A stretch of 63,413 nucleotides of DNA, filler included, from Stramenopiles sp. TOSAG23-3 (lineage: Eukaryota): NCBI GenBank assembly GCA_900128585.1. It is 6 parts of 6 records of this genome, joined end to end, with 100 filler letters (N's around TTAATTAATTAA, not from the genome) between each part and the next. Parts side by side here need not be neighbours in the genome. Positions count along the whole stretch, not along the records: positions 1 to 14,857 come from LT642542.1; positions 14,958 to 29,765 come from LT642543.1; 4 more parts are not named here. One strand, 5' to 3'. The translations under genes were made by a program, and so were the position numbers. The notes beneath the pieces were generated by a model that saw nothing but the letters and a program-made list of their open reading frames with translations, did not search any database and was not told the DNA's origin. Below are positions 10,840 through 22,971 of this stretch, in pieces. Within the stretch, counting starts at the first letter, position 1, and each line of letters begins with the position of its first letter.

Positions 10840-11428
10840 GTACTGGCAAAATATATTTTAACGAACCAGTGCGCAGCTTAACAACCCATGCGTCGTGGTA
10901 TTTGTGTAAAATTAATCCCGTTCGTGTTGAAAAGAATCCATAAATTGAAAACACACAATTATCCGTTTAATGATCCCCCCTAGTTCGTCCGTCCGTCTAT
11001 TGAACTTGTTGAAGTAAAATTATTTAGAGAGACGATTATTGATTGGGTAATAATAATAATAATACCAAGGTAGTATGATTTAGATTATTATTATAAATAA
11101 GAGTAGTATATTTGTAGTTGTATTATATAGGAATTAATTACTTTTCAACTTATACCATCCTCTTATACCATTAATGTAATACAATAAATAAAATATCGAT
11201 GTGATGATGTATCCTCACAACAAACACATTAGACTATTATAGAAGGACTATCGATCTTCTTCAAATAGAAAGAAATTGAGAATTTGACTCTTTTTTCATT
11301 TATTTTCATTATTATTACTACTACATGCTCACAACAAAGACATTATTCTCCTATTATAGCAATGTTAAACATGGAATAGCAGGCAGCAACAACCCACAAT
11401 TTATGATTATAAATAATTCATTCCTTCT

Positions 11429-11461
<33 letters not shown>

Positions 11462-11768
11462 CTTCTTAGAATAAATATAATTAATAGAATAAAAAAAAAT
11501 ATAATAAAATCATTTTTTTTATTCATCTCTCTCCTTGTTCTTCGTCGCGCGGTACCGTACAATGTTTTCCGTACCAAGATAAACCTCGGTAAGAATACAC
11601 TTTTTCGATAATTTTATTGTTTCCACAGTAGTATTCTTTATTTGTAATTGTTCCAGCACGCGCCGCAAATAAATTGAACAGAAAAAGATAGCCGATACTC
11701 TCGACCCAGCGGCTTATTATAGTGAGGAAAGCACTTCAATATAACTCCTTTTGCACGAGCCTGGGACA

Positions 11769-12560
11769 ATGTCAAGCAACGCAGCAAACGTAAAAAAGGT
11801 CCAGGGGAAACTGAAAGAGCTGTCCGTTCAAATCTCGAAAATGAGGAAAGCCGTTCCAAAAATTGGCACAAAGAAAGACGGGCAAAAACTTAGGATTGAG
11901 ATTGAGTCTATAAGGGATATTTGTAGTTCAAGCATCAAAGAACTCACCGCTCTCCTGGGTATTACGACTGATTGCAAATCAAAACGCGAGGCCTTAGAGC
12001 TGAACAAGACATACCGGACAAAATTTGTGAGGGATTTTGGTAGTTTACAGAAGGACTTCAAAAAAGTCAATTCGCAAACACTAGAGTTGGAGAGGAAGAC
12101 GAGCATACGCTCCTCCGACATAACTATGGTTGATATTACTATGGCCCCTGACGTCGACTCGAACTATAGCGGGGGGGGGGAGCAACAGCAGCAGCAGTTT
12201 TCCATGGAGCAAAAGCAGCGGGTGAACCAGATTCACCAGCAAACGGTACAAACAGAACAAATGTTGCAACAGGAGCGACACAATGAAGTTCAGCAAATCA
12301 ATAAAGACTTGCACTTAGTCAAAGATATGTTTCAGGATATAAACGGTATGATCAATGAACAGGGCGAAGACATTGACAGGATTGAGGCTGACGTCGAAGC
12401 GGCCACCGATCATGTTGAAAAAGGCACCAAAGACTTGCAAGTTGCTCGCGAAATTCAAGATAGTATAGCAAAAAAAAAGTGCGTGTTACTTGCTATTTTC
12501 ATCGTTATCTTGCTTGCGGTTTCGCTTCCATTGATCATCAATGCGTCAAAAGATTCTTGA
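11769..12560 (+). CDS. Syntaxin (Qa-SNARE, Pep12/Vam3/STX7-like)
   Basis: Habc region (KIGTKKDGQKLR), SNARE motif (VKDMFQDINGMINEQGEDIDRIEADVE), C-terminal TM anchor. First ATG at 11769. Confidence 0.9.
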   Translation: MSSNAANVKKVQGKLKELSVQISKMRKAVPKIGTKKDGQKLRIEIESIRDICSSSIKELTALLGITTDCKSKREALELNKTYRTKFVRDFGSLQKDFKKVNSQTLELERKTSIRSSDITMVDITMAPDVDSNYSGGGEQQQQQFSMEQKQRVNQIHQQTVQTEQMLQQERHNEVQQINKDLHLVKDMFQDINGMINEQGEDIDRIEADVEAATDHVEKGTKDLQVAREIQDSIAKKKCVLLAIFIVILLAVSLPLIINASKDS

Positions 12561-12954
12561 TTCTATAAATGAACTTTCCCCCCTCCAACGTACACATTAT
12601 TATGTAGCCTCGTTTGAGAAATAGAGTTGGAACATAAATTAGGACAGCGGCGGTCAGCCCAGCAGCCTTTCGCAAAGTGAAGTGTGTGTACCGATGATGT
12701 AAGTGTACGGCGCGAGGAAATAAAGATTAAATTAACTACCCTAAAATCTCTTAAGAGAAAGAAGTCGTTTTAACACACACTACTCTAGAACATTCTCACA
12801 CGTATAAGGATTATCTTTAAGATTTAATATTTTTAAAACACATAATTTCTCAAAGAACATGACGACTCTTACGTCTTATTTCGGCGCCCAGACGTAGGGA
12901 CGACCAAACGCGCGCGTGAACTTTCCCGCAGGTTTTCAACTTTCGCGGTTGGGG

Positions 12955-14274
12955 CTACTTGTGGGAACTAGAAGTTCTCTCGTCTTCTTCGTCGCCTCGG
13001 CCGCCCTTTAGGAGTTCTCTTTGCATTTTCTGAATACGCTTCTTCTTGTTCTTTTCCTCCTGGAAATAGTCTCGCACAATGTCTTGGCATTTGCGCATCG
13101 AGTTGGCATTATGCTCACTCAGCCATTTGTACCCCAGGAGCTCATATGCAGTCTCCCGATCCGCTGGATTGTTCTTCATACACGCGTTAATAAAATCGTG
13201 AAAGGAGTCGCTGTACAGACGCTCTGGTGTTAGTTTTGGTGGCTCTGATTCCGTAACTGTCTGCGCCATTTCAATCATCGAGCCGGCATGGATAAAAGGG
13301 TACTTTCCAGTCGCGCACTCAATCAGCATTAGGCCCAAACTCCATATATCTGCTGGGTAAGAGTAGCCTTTACCTAAAATGCGCTCCGGAGACATGTACT
13401 TGAACGTGCCCACGATCGTCATACATTTTCCAATACTATTTTCAAGCTCTTTTGAGATACCAAAGTCCGTCAGTTTCACAAACCCTTGCTTGTTCAACAA
13501 AACGTTCTGCGGTTTAATGTCACGATGTAACCTATGCTCGTGCTTCAAGTACGAAAGCCCCCACAAACACTGAAACGTGATGGCCGCCAAAACTTGCTCT
13601 GGGATCAAACCGTGCGCCCGCCTACGCTCTTCTTCTCCTTCTTCACTCTCCTCTCCCTTCCGCGCTTTCAGTAGTTCATACTCTGCAATTGAATTTATCC
13701 GGGCTTTCCTCATGACCACATCTAATGACCCTCGGTCCATGTACTCTAAGGCGACTGAAATTTTCCCTTCTTTGTAAAACGCGCCGTGAAATTTTACTAA
13801 GGCATCACAGTCACAATGAAACAGCAAATTGAACTCACGAAGCAACTGAGATCGCATGTTTTTGTCAAACACGTTCATGACCTTAAGGGCAAGCCTACGT
13901 TCGGTGTCTTTTTCCGTAACCAGTTGAACGTAGCTGGACGCGCCCCGACCCAACTCTTTGCCTAATATGAGCTTGTCCGGGTCAATCTCCCCACTTCGAG
14001 CATGCTTGGTTGGGGTGCTTGTGGCCTGGCCTGTACTCCCCGGCGTGCCCACCCCCTCCTCCCCAAGTTTCCCCTCGTCTTGTTGGTGCGTCACAATAAT
14101 AGCCCCCTTGTTTCCCACACTAATGACTTCGCTGCCGTGCCCATCTTTAGCTTTGGTTATTTTGGTAAAGGTGTTCACCGTCGCATTGAACGACTCTGCC
14201 AGCTCGTCCTTCGTCTCCGCGTTCACAGCACTTGTGTCCAAGGACAGACCTTTGGGCCTACGTTTTGGAGGCAT
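12955..14274 (-). CDS. MAP kinase kinase (STE7/MAP2K family)
   Basis: N-terminal D-site-like KRRPKGLSL; GRGASSYV, ALK, HRDIKPQN, DFG; activation loop S-x5-T (SIGKCMT) followed by VGTFKYMSPER. Confidence 0.9.
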   Translation of the reverse strand: MPPKRRPKGLSLDTSAVNAETKDELAESFNATVNTFTKITKAKDGHGSEVISVGNKGAIIVTHQQDEGKLGEEGVGTPGSTGQATSTPTKHARSGEIDPDKLILGKELGRGASSYVQLVTEKDTERRLALKVMNVFDKNMRSQLLREFNLLFHCDCDALVKFHGAFYKEGKISVALEYMDRGSLDVVMRKARINSIAEYELLKARKGEESEEGEEERRRAHGLIPEQVLAAITFQCLWGLSYLKHEHRLHRDIKPQNVLLNKQGFVKLTDFGISKELENSIGKCMTIVGTFKYMSPERILGKGYSYPADIWSLGLMLIECATGKYPFIHAGSMIEMAQTVTESEPPKLTPERLYSDSFHDFINACMKNNPADRETAYELLGYKWLSEHNANSMRKCQDIVRDYFQEEKNKKKRIQKMQRELLKGGRGDEEDERTSSSHK

Positions 14275-14857
14275 GTTTACTACCGACCAGTCTGTGAAAA
14301 TTTGAAAGAGCTACTAGGGGTTGTTCGTTCTTTGCAAGAACAAGCCACAACAGTTGTCGAAGTTATTGCCGTGAGTTCCTCGCTTGTCGTTCAATAGGAG
14401 GTGGACAACACGTACACTTTTTTTAGACACCAAAGAAATCAAACGATTAGGTACAGGAGATTCTCTAAATTCGTCGAAACAAATAAAATATGAATGTGGA
14501 ATGGGACATATATATAGACTATGATGGATTGTTTTGGTGGTGCATCATTTCACTTCAACTGACGATAGGACGGAGGAGGAGCCAAGGAGGAGGAGGGAAG
14601 GAAGTAAGAATATTATTATTTTTTCTTAAAAAAATAATAAAGAAGAAATTATTCTTTTTATTGTGTGACACTTTATTATATCTTTTTCTTTTTTAAATAT
14701 AGAAGAAGAACAATACATTATATATAAAACAATAGAATATAATTATCATAATAAAATAAAAGATAGAATGTAACTAATATAAACAATACAAAAACACAAT
14801 TTTGTTCTTCATAAAGTTCGTCCGGTTGTCATCTTCTTTCACTATATAAAAAATAAA

Positions 14858-14957
14858 NNNNNNNNNNNNNNNNNNNNNNNNNNNNNNNNNNNNNNNNNNN
14901 NTTAATTAATTAANNNNNNNNNNNNNNNNNNNNNNNNNNNNNNNNNNNNNNNNNNNN
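14858..14957. other. Artificial contig linker
   Basis: 44 N + TTAATTAATTAA (stops in all six frames) + 44 N. Confidence 0.97.
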
Positions 14958-15470
14958 TCGCGCATGTCGTCCTGTGTCAGTGCCAGGAACACCTGAAAGT
15001 CAATGCCTTCCTCTTCGAAACGGTCCAGCAGAGGCAGCAACGATGTCGCGGTTTCGTCGGCGAACAGTTCGAACTTTTCTTGAAGCGTGCGAATTCCGAA
15101 GCGAGCGTTCTTCCGCCCCCGTTTTGCAGTCTTCGCCTCAGAGTTCGAGTCCTTAGAAAATGAGGTTATGGCCGTGCCCACTACCGCAATTTTTTGTTCT
15201 AGAGTTGCAGGCGAGGTCACCCGTGTGCGGATTGCCTCACGCTCCTCATAGCTTTTTTGCGCCAGCAGCGCAACCTTTTCATTGATGGTCTTAACCTCAT
15301 TTATTAAGGAAAGGAACGCCGCGAGTTTATCATCGAAGTTAATAGCTAATGCAGCCTCTGGGGTAATCACGATGTCCTCTGACACCGTGATCGCCTCAGA
15401 GTTCGAGTCCTTAGAAAATGAGGTTATGGCCGTGCCCACTTCCGCAATTTTTTTGTTCTGGAGTTGCCAT
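14958..15470 (-). CDS. 5' fragment of a SAM-domain protein with a duplicated N-terminal peptide; one-base frameshift after the ATG; truncated at the contig edge
   Basis: LLDRFEEEGIDFQVFLALTQDDMR resembles the start of a SAM domain. ATG at 15470 joins the ORF only if one base is removed from the 7-base run at 15448-15454. Confidence 0.5.
15133..15467. repeat. Direct repeat of ~76 bp (15133-15208 and 15391-15467)
   Basis: tcgcctcagagttcgagtccttagaaaatgaggttatggccgtgcccact..cgcaattt..gttct.gagttgc occurs twice, encoding EQKIAxVGTAITSFSKDSNSEA on the minus strand. Confidence 0.95.
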
Positions 15471-16709
15471 CTTGACGAAGTCGTGGTCGTTTGGTGAAAA
15501 TCAATTAGAATTAGTTTTGGTGTCTTGCTAAGGTTTAATGTAGTTCAAACTTTTAAAGATATCTATTGAATTGTACTGCCAAAAAAGGACATTGTCATGA
15601 TTTATTTACGATGATATTTACTTTGCACAGTATTTGTTTGAAGTGGTTGGTGCCTTGTTGTGCTGCTGCTTTTTTTAATTTTTAGTATCTTCTTCTTCAT
15701 TCATCACTTCTTCTTTTCTTCTGCATTAATAATTTCTTTTCTTCTACAAAAATATTTATGATTTCCTATACTGTGTTAATGTAAAAGATATATTTTATCG
15801 AGAAAGATAATTTATACCCTTTTTTTCATTCAAAAACTGTATAATTATACAGGACATAGCATAACAATATAAATGTCGTCTATTTTTCTTCCAAGATAAT
15901 ATTTTTATATCCACACAGCATCAAATTCATCAACCTGCTGTCTATTTTTTTGTTTTCCTTGCTATTTACCTTTATTTTGAAAACACTTAAGGTGATTTTT
16001 TAATTTTCGGTAAATAATTTTTTCTTTAGTTTATTTTGAATATGTACAGCATTTAATAAAGCTTAAATGACCAACGGTCATAATTATTTTGACCTATTTT
16101 ATTTTCTATTTTACAAAATTAAGTACAAAACAATTATTATTACTGCAATATATTAATCTATTATGAGTATACAAAGTATACTATACTTCAATTTCAACCA
16201 ATTTAAAACGAATTTAAAACCAATTTCATCCAATCATGAACTATTACCTGAATTATGCCTTAAATAATTTACCTGGACGGCGATCCAAGTGATCAATTTT
16301 GCTTCAGCTCTCGGTTGTAAAATAATATAATTATGCATAGTCGTTTCATTTACTTTTTACTTTTTACTTTTTATTTTTTGTTGTTGTATCTGCATGCTGC
16401 ATGCTGCCTGCTGGTGGTGGTGTACGGTAATAAATAAAAAAAGAAGAAGAGATGGACAAGTGGTAAACCGCTGAAAAAAGGAACCAGTCAGTTCTGGAGC
16501 AAGACAAAGGATCTCAAATATCTTGGGAAATTTGCAAACATAGTCGAAGGGCTAAATTTTCATGAAGATGTGAAATTAGCGTTCTTTGCTGTGAAGTTCA
16601 ATTGGACCCCAATAAAAAATGCGATAAAAGTCCCACGAACCGAACAAAAATCGGTGTTCCAATTAGTAAAGATTACATTTTAATTTTCATAAAAATCAAG
16701 TAGACTCTC

Positions 16710-18582
16710 TTATTTATGCTTTCTCAACGTGCGCAGGGCTCGCACACCGCTACCCATGGCCCGAGGAGACGATGGTCCGCGGTGACTCCCTCCCGAATTG
16801 GAAAGGCTACGTATAATGTCCCTGTCCAAGCTGGTGTTCAAAATATCGTCCGGCGTGGCGCTCGCGTGCACCAATGTTGACCCCCCCGTTCCAAGCAAGA
16901 GGTCGTCACCGTCGACGGTCATCTGCAGCATCGACCGCCCTAAATGCCCGAGGGAGGTGTTCAACGCGTCGCCGCTGTCCGCGTCGGAAATTCCGTCGTC
17001 ATCGCTATCGATCTGCAACGATTTCAACGTGTTCCCAAGAGCATCTTCCTCGTCCTCTTCCTCAAAGTCGTCACTATAATCACGGCTAGAGGTGCCGGAA
17101 CTCTGGGACTTCAAACTGGCCCTGAAAACGTTCTTAAGGTCGTCAAGTTCCTTTTCGTACGACATGCTCTGGCGCAGGTGATGGAGTTTCATCTCCACGT
17201 CGCAGATCGACGCCAGTATTTTGTCGGGGTCCTCATCTCCCAAGCTGCCCCCCCCCCTCGCCGAATTTAGCGGGGGAATCGGAGCGCATTCGTTTCATCT
17301 GCGGGGACGCCATGGACGACGGGTAAGAGTTCGGGTTGCCGTGGCTTACGCCGACATTCAGCCGCCTGCTGCTGGTGCTAATTCTTCTTCGTTCGGCCGC
17401 CGGCGAGCTGTGCGTCGCCACGACCTTTTTCCGCGAGTGAACGGGCTTTCCCGTCGGCGGTTTCGCGTCAAAGACCTGCCACTTTTTCTTTCTCGGGGAC
17501 TCCCTGGGTCGCTTCTGCCGGAGGGACCAGTACCGGCGCCTGCTGCTTTCCAACGTTTCTTTCGCCGCCATTTCATCCTTGACAAGCTTTTGAAGAAAGT
17601 TTGTCGAAGCGTTGACTGCAGACGCTCTTTCCCGAACGGCACGAGGCCTTTCACCGCTTCTTCTGGGGGCCGAAGGGGTTATGAAATTGCGCAGAAAATT
17701 CTGGCACAGCGCGTTGCCTACGACCTCGCTCATCTTTGGCCTCCGGTCGGCATCGCGGGAAAGCATTTTCAGCAGCATGTTGCAAATACCTTTGCTGTAG
17801 TGCGCCGCGGGCCGCTTGAGAGCCGCGCGAAGAATGTTATTTCTCAGCTCGGGCAAACTCTTCCCCTTGAACGGGACCTGGAGGGCCAAAAGTTCGTAGA
17901 GAACGATCCCTGCGGCCCAAACGTCCGCCTTCGCGTTGTACGGCTGGCACTTGCACTGCTCTGGCGAGAGGTAGTACGGGGTGCCGCACTTCGTAAGCGC
18001 AAGCTCCAAAGTGTTGTTCATCGTCCTTGTGAAGCCAAAATCCCCAAGCTTTACGCAGCGCCCGCCCTGCGTGAGAAACACGTTTTCGGGCTTGACGTCC
18101 CTGTGCAAAATATGCTTCCCATGGATGAACGCAAGCGCAAGGGCGATTTGTGAAAACCACCCAACGATTAATTTCTCGTCCAGCCACTTTTGGTTCTCTA
18201 TCGCCTCCTTAATTCGATCCTGCAAATTTCCAGATTCACAATACGCCATTACAATGTACAAACGTTCCTCGCTCGGGGTTATAAAACTATCAACGTACTC
18301 GACGATACACGGGTGCTTCAGGTCGCTCAAAATACGCACCTCCTGGATAGCCTCGATGTTGGCACCGTCCTTTTTCTTCGTGTGCTTTACCGACTTGATA
18401 ACGCACAGGCTACTAGCACTGTCAGGTCCTTTCTCGCTCACGTCAGAGATGTACCCCGGCCGTTTCGCCAAAAGGACGTCCCCGTAATTACCTTTCCCTA
18501 TTATTCTCAAAACTTCATACCCCTCGACCATACTGCCCGGTCTAACGGCATCGTCACTCCGCGCCTTCGCAACACTAGCCAT
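16710..18582 (-). CDS. NIMA-related kinase (NEK), split by a frameshift at a 10-base homopolymer (about 623 aa if joined)
   Basis: GKGNYG, QEVRILSDLKHPCIV, HILHRDVKPENVFL, LGDFG, GTPYYLSPE..PYNAKADVWA. Removing one G from the run at 17248-17257 fuses ORF 17233-18588 to ORF 16710-17243 (GEGGGSLGDEDPDK). Confidence 0.85.
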
Positions 18583-19149
18583 GTTCAAATAACCTCCGCG
18601 TCCAACAAACGCTTTGCAGTAAACGTCGGAATCCTAAACAAAATGCACCCGACTAGCACTACTTGAGTGGAAACGAACGGTTTAATTCCACGGTTCGTGT
18701 CTACATCTATCATAAAATCATTTCTATTCGTTTTGGAAACGCATACAAAGTTCTGAACAGGTAAACTAACAAAATGCAAATTTAATAATTATTATTACAC
18801 TATTCATTTTTTGAACTAATAATATTATTATTATTTTCTCCTCTGGCATCATAGTGTGTAATAATAAAAATAAATATACACAGCAGGAAAGTATAGTAAT
18901 AATAAAAAAAGGTCAAGTAAGACGGACTCAATATTTTTTTTATTTATATAAAATATATTATAGACACAGCAGGTATTTATACATTTAATTTAATAAATTT
19001 AAAAATGTTCTTCTTCTTCGTTTCTCACTAAAATACTAACTCTTACTCCTCCTCGTGTAATATATGTCACGTCGAACACGATTGTTGCAGACATCGCGAT
19101 CGATTGTTCGGGGTTTCTCCTTTTCATTTTCACTGTTACTCGTCCGTTC

Positions 19150-20265
19150 TTACCTGCGTACCCAATCGTAACAATTCTGTGTGGGGCTCGCATGAATCTC
19201 TCGCCAACTCTTGCGCATTGCAACCCAGGCATATGTCGCGCCAATCAAAAGGTAGAAGTGGTCCATCGTTACGATTTCAAACGGGTTGACGAAGGGAGAC
19301 AAAAGTGCGAATACAATACCATGGAGGGGCGAGGACAGTTTCAGTGCCAGCAATACCAGTCCGACACAAATAAATGCTGCGCCGTGATCTTTCACCACGA
19401 ATTCGTCCCAAAAGTTTTCGCACGCGTCCGCTTCTACAAAATCCGTCTTCTTCTTCCACTTTGCTTGTTGCCTTTTGATGCAGTCAATTAACATGGCAAG
19501 GTCCTCTTTGGACCTAGAAACAGGATGCGGGACACTTTTCACAACCAAACTCTGAACCTTTTGGTATCCCTCAATAAATAAATTATCCATCATATCCCTG
19601 TCCGTATAAAAGCAGGCTAGCGGGGACAACATTGCCGAGCCGCACACGTAGTTGGAGGAATAGGGCAGGTGATGGCTAAAATCAAACGGTGTCACCGCGA
19701 GCGTGACGGGGGAATGGCGTGGTTCCACATTGTACACTGCAATCCCATCCACCAGCCACATGTCGTCGTACACCCGGGGGGTGATCCCCATGAAGGGAAC
19801 AATGTTCCCACTAGCGCTGATGATATCTCTCAAATCTTTTTCCGTGTGAAAGGCGTTGGTAAAGAAAGAGCCGTGCTTTTTTATATCGTACAAGCCGACA
19901 CGCAACCGTTCGCGGAGTTCCTCTAGCGTCGTGCAGTTGCGCGAACGGTACTTTTCGAAGTATTTTCCGTACAAAGATGCCATGTAGTTCAGCGTGAAAA
20001 ATTTCAACTGGTTCGACAAGTCGTCGCACTGACGAAGCCCTAAATCCAGATCGCTTCCGCCCAATACTGCCAGCGCTGCCTGGGCGCCTGAACTGACACC
20101 ATACGCAGTTTCGAACGATATGCAATTGTCCAACAAACACTTTACAGCGCCAAAGTGGAAAGGTAAAAAGAATGCAGCCCCGGAGAAAAAGATAGAGGGG
20201 TAAGTTTCACCAGGCACAAAGCTGGGTTCACTGCTGTTTATCCGGTTGGTGTGGGGGGGTGCCAT
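19150..20265 (-). CDS. Patatin-like phospholipase (PNPLA-type) with hydrophobic C-terminal segments
   Basis: FSGAAFFLPFHFGAV glycine-rich loop, GVSSG nucleophile elbow (GxSxG), catalytic Asp in LVDG; TM-like C-terminus. Confidence 0.8.
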   Translation of the reverse strand: MAPPHTNRINSSEPSFVPGETYPSIFFSGAAFFLPFHFGAVKCLLDNCISFETAYGVSSGAQAALAVLGGSDLDLGLRQCDDLSNQLKFFTLNYMASLYGKYFEKYRSRNCTTLEELRERLRVGLYDIKKHGSFFTNAFHTEKDLRDIISASGNIVPFMGITPRVYDDMWLVDGIAVYNVEPRHSPVTLAVTPFDFSHHLPYSSNYVCGSAMLSPLACFYTDRDMMDNLFIEGYQKVQSLVVKSVPHPVSRSKEDLAMLIDCIKRQQAKWKKKTDFVEADACENFWDEFVVKDHGAAFICVGLVLLALKLSSPLHGIVFALLSPFVNPFEIVTMDHFYLLIGATYAWVAMRKSWREIHASPTQNCYDWVRR

Positions 20266-20604
20266 TGTTCAGTTTATGATAGTCTTTCTAAACCAACCCC
20301 AATGCTTTGTCCACAATGATTCCCGAAACTTTCCTAACTATTTTCCGTCATTGATTGCAGCGATTCAAATGCATTCATATTATCAAATAGTTTTTTCAGA
20401 AGTACATAGTTTCGTAAAATGTGAATGGTTTAATAAAATGTTGAACTATATATTTAAATATTAAAATAAGAAGCAAATAATAATAAATAATAAAAAATTG
20501 CTTCTCTTCTTTCTTCTTCTTCTTCTACTACTAATAATATTATAATACCTTGGTATCACTATATATTAAATAATAAATAATAATTTACATTTCTTTTCAG
20601 CTCG

Positions 20605-20781
20605 CTTCTTCCTTCTTCCTTCTTCCTTCTTCCTTCTTCCTTCTTCCTTCTTCCTTCTTCCTTCTTCCTTCTTCCTTCTTCCTNNNNNNNNNNNNNNNNN
20701 NNNNNNNNNNNNNNNNNNNNNNNNNNNNNNNNNNNNNNNNNNNNNNNNNNNNNNNNNNNNNNNNNNNNNNNNNNNNNNNNN
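20605..20781. repeat. (TTCCTTC)n microsatellite running into a 98-N scaffold gap
   Basis: 7-mer repeat from about 20605 to 20683, then Ns at 20684-20781 without the linker motif. Confidence 0.9.
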
Positions 20782-21000
20782 TTTAATTAAATTATATATA
20801 CACAGCATGAAATATTATATTATAATACAAAGGAAAGAAGTGACAAAAGCATCTCCGATTGAGATATAAAATAATAAATAATAATATTTAATAATAAAAA
20901 AATAAAAAAAATAGAGAAGAAGAAGAACGATGATGAATGAGAATGTATAGATATTTTAATAATAATAATAATAGGTTATTCTTCATCATCATGCTCTTTT

Positions 21001-22149
21001 TTATTTCCGCCTCCCTTGAAGGTTAAAATAGGATTTCATTTTGTCATAGACCAAAAATCGAATCGCATTATTCGGCAAAACTTTTAACGCATTCGGTGCC
21101 ATACCTTTGTAAAACCCAAATATGCCTTCCTGTTTTAACACGGTAGCAAAGGCGTTCGGAACGGAAGTGTACGTTTTCCCAGGTAGCTGCATGCGACGAC
21201 GGATTGTGTCGAGAGGAAAGCACATCGTTTGGGCGAACAACCCGGCGGCCGCGCCAAGGCCAAGGGTTACTAGGGTAGAGGACTCGTAGCTCGGGTATTG
21301 CCTATGCACCATGCTTTTTAGGTGGTCGAACGTCGCGAAATTGATTGCAATGAACGGGCCAAGGCTTAACAGGGTGGCGGCGTAACCTTTGTAAAATGTT
21401 CGAGCGCCACCTTCTTTCCAAATACTTGCCACGGAGCCACGGAAACCACGCAATTCTGGTTGGACGGAAAGTCGCAAACGAATTGTATCTAGCGGGTGGG
21501 TGACCGACGTCGCCGTGGCGCCCGCCATCGCACCCGCCAAAAGCCTATACTGAACAGTGAGGTTGCCATTATTATCTTCAAAGAATTGCTTGTATTTGTC
21601 ATAACTTGCGAATTGGGTGGCAGCATACGGTACCACCCGCACGCAGTTCACCATGTTCCCCCTCCACAGCCTCGCGGCACCTTCGTTCTCCACTATGTGC
21701 CGCAACGACTGCAGAATAGACGTGTACTGTGGCCGAATGGTTTTCCCCATGATCGTTTCCGTCTGCATTAAAATTTTGACTCTGTCGATAGGGGCAACAG
21801 TGGTCCGAGCCACCGCACCTGCAAGGCCACCACAACAAAACTGCAGGACGGTTCGAGTAAAGACTTCTCTCGCGCTAGCGACGGCCGCTTCCGCCTCTCG
21901 CTTCGCACGCTCGTCCGCCTGAATTTTATCTACGAGTACGCGAATAATGTGCAATAGCTCCTCCTGTTCTACCCGCTCTTTCCCCTCAGAAACCCGCCTT
22001 TCAATCGATCTCAACTTTTCCGTTACTGCCTTTTCAGACCTCTGCAGATCCCTCTCCGCCTGATTCAAGTACGCATTCGCCCTCTCCACCGCCAACGACG
22101 CTTCCTGCAGCGACGAGTCTGGCTTAATCTTTGAACCGCGCAGTACCAT
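21001..22149 (-). CDS. Mitochondrial carrier family (SLC25) protein, adenine nucleotide/CoA-carrier-like, with an N-terminal coiled-coil extension
   Basis: Three Px[DE]xx[KR] signatures (APIDRVK, HPLDTIR, FPLDTIRRRMQ) and LWRGN..NCVRVVPY. Confidence 0.9.
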   Translation of the reverse strand: MVLRGSKIKPDSSLQEASLAVERANAYLNQAERDLQRSEKAVTEKLRSIERRVSEGKERVEQEELLHIIRVLVDKIQADERAKREAEAAVASAREVFTRTVLQFCCGGLAGAVARTTVAPIDRVKILMQTETIMGKTIRPQYTSILQSLRHIVENEGAARLWRGNMVNCVRVVPYAATQFASYDKYKQFFEDNNGNLTVQYRLLAGAMAGATATSVTHPLDTIRLRLSVQPELRGFRGSVASIWKEGGARTFYKGYAATLLSLGPFIAINFATFDHLKSMVHRQYPSYESSTLVTLGLGAAAGLFAQTMCFPLDTIRRRMQLPGKTYTSVPNAFATVLKQEGIFGFYKGMAPNALKVLPNNAIRFLVYDKMKSYFNLQGRRK

Positions 22150-22971
22150 GATCGCCCTTGGTCACGTCCCACTGAAGACCAAGTGATAGGCTAACCTTCC
22201 TATGCGTTACCAACACTTTCGGTGGCCCTCTTTTTCTACGATTAGTAAACATTTAAGAAGAAAACAGTGGGTGTATTAAACTTGTTTAATCAGTATTGAA
22301 TGATGTACTAATTTCCACTTCAAAGAATCGTATTAAAAAAATGGAAACATCTTTTTCATTTATTATTTATTTAAAAAAAATAAAATAATAACACGTCGTC
22401 GTATAATAATAATGTTTTTTCATCATCTCTCAAGCAAGAAAACCCCTCCCTATCAGGAAAAAATATTATTTTTAATTATTACTATCTATTAGAATGCAAA
22501 CAGATGATAAAAAAATAGATTTATAAGAATATAAGAATACAAACTAAGTACAACTTTTACAACAAGAAGAAGAAGTTTTTAAAAATAATAAAAAATGATG
22601 ATGATGGAGGGGAGGGGAGGGATGGATGATCGAATAATAATATTATTATTATTCTTCTTCTAAAAAAAAAACTAATATAATAAAAAAAAATAAATATCAT
22701 CATCAACAATATATAGTAATTACACAAACAGTAATAAATATATATAACTAGTTAGGAAAGAATGCAAACATAAAATACGAAAGATTTAACAATTTCCAAC
22801 GGTTTTTCCGAAGGAAATTGCAACGTTGTCCACGTCGCTTGAAAAGAAATAAGAAGAATTTGCTGCTGTTGTTTGTTGCTTTTCGTTGTTGTTCAGGAAC
22901 GGGTACTCGAACGGGCCCTGGCGGTTTTTGGAGTGTCTCTCCCGCCCCCGGCACTGTTGGTTTGGTAAAGC

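Noticed and set aside
14902-14913. TTAATTAATTAA palindrome (five copies) as a biological site
   Set aside because: Always centred in 44+44 Ns; it is a synthetic six-frame-stop linker.
17221-18153. 310-aa plus-strand ORF
   Set aside because: Antisense shadow of the GC-rich NEK gene; no domain features.
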